A stretch of 64,000 nt of DNA, taken from assembly GCF_036321535.1 (NCBI RefSeq), contig NC_087437.1, positions 61,010,001 to 61,074,000 on the forward strand, given 5' to 3'. The notes under the pieces are model-generated. The model saw only the letters and a list, made by a program, of their open reading frames with translations, ran no database searches and had not been told where the DNA came from. Source of the DNA: Camelus dromedarius. Its lineage: Eukaryota. Shown here piece by piece: positions 63,521 to 64,000 of this stretch. A program made the position numbers and the translations under genes. Every line of letters starts with the position of its first letter. Position 1 is the stretch's first letter.

Positions 63521-63611
63521 GTTTATCACGACAGTGAGGAAGGTCAGAGATACATACAGTTTTATAAGCTAGGGGATTTCCCCTATGTTTCCATCTTGGA
63601 TCCTCGGACAG
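63521..63611 (+). CDS. UBXN7: UBXN7 coding exon 7 (91 bp); the gene continues beyond the window
   Basis: CAG acceptor and GTAAGA donor; VYHDSEEGQRYIQFYKLGDFPYVSILDPRT(G). Confidence 0.96.
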
Positions 63612-63719
63612 GTAAGATTTATTTCAGCTTATGGCCTTTAACCTATCATTTATCTTTCAGTTACCTAAATAATTGATCTTTACTGTTTGACTGGGTCTAG
63701 TTTCAAAATTGTTTGTATT

Positions 63720-64000
63720 AAAACAGAAATAGACTCATAGACATAGAATACAAACTTGTGGTTGCCAAGAGGGCGGAGGGTGGGAAGGGATAGATGGGAT
63801 TTCAAAATTGTAGAACAGATAAACAAGATTATACTGTATAGCACAGGGAAGTATACACAAGATCTTACAGTAGCTCACAGAGAAAAAAATGTGACAATGA
63901 ATATATATATGTTCACATATAACTGAAAAATTGTGCTCTACACTGGAATTTGACACAACATTGTAAAATGATTATAAATCAATAAAAAAGTTAAAAAATT
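63720..64000 (+). mobile_element. Young 5'-truncated L1 3' end
   Basis: Closely similar to 42780-43045 (agactcatagacatag ... tttgacacaacattgtaaaatgatt). Confidence 0.92.

Overview
Mammalian genomic DNA, most likely a camelid (alpaca, llama or camel), inferred from nine tRNA-Ala-derived Vic-1-type SINEs. The + strand carries three things in order. First are the last three coding exons and 3' UTR of RNF168 (342-5163 plus UTR). Next is a ~24 kb repeat-rich intergenic region holding a full-length, disabled TUBA1B processed pseudogene with a perfect 14-bp target-site duplication. Last are the CpG-island promoter and coding exons 1-7 of UBXN7 (30506-63611; the gene continues past the window). The RNF168-UBXN7 order matches human 3q29. 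All exon boundaries were read by hand, are GT-AG and keep frame. The rest is L1, L2, MIR, MaLR/ERV LTR and hAT DNA-transposon relics; their boundaries and subfamily names are approximate. I see no convincing new biological system. The most unusual local features are a 102-bp templated duplication inside an L1, a second donor-like GTAAGA just upstream of the UBXN7 ATG, two tiny TSD-flanked L1 tails, an inverted SINE arrangement around UBXN7 exons, and a hairpin followed by T7 in an RNF168 intron.
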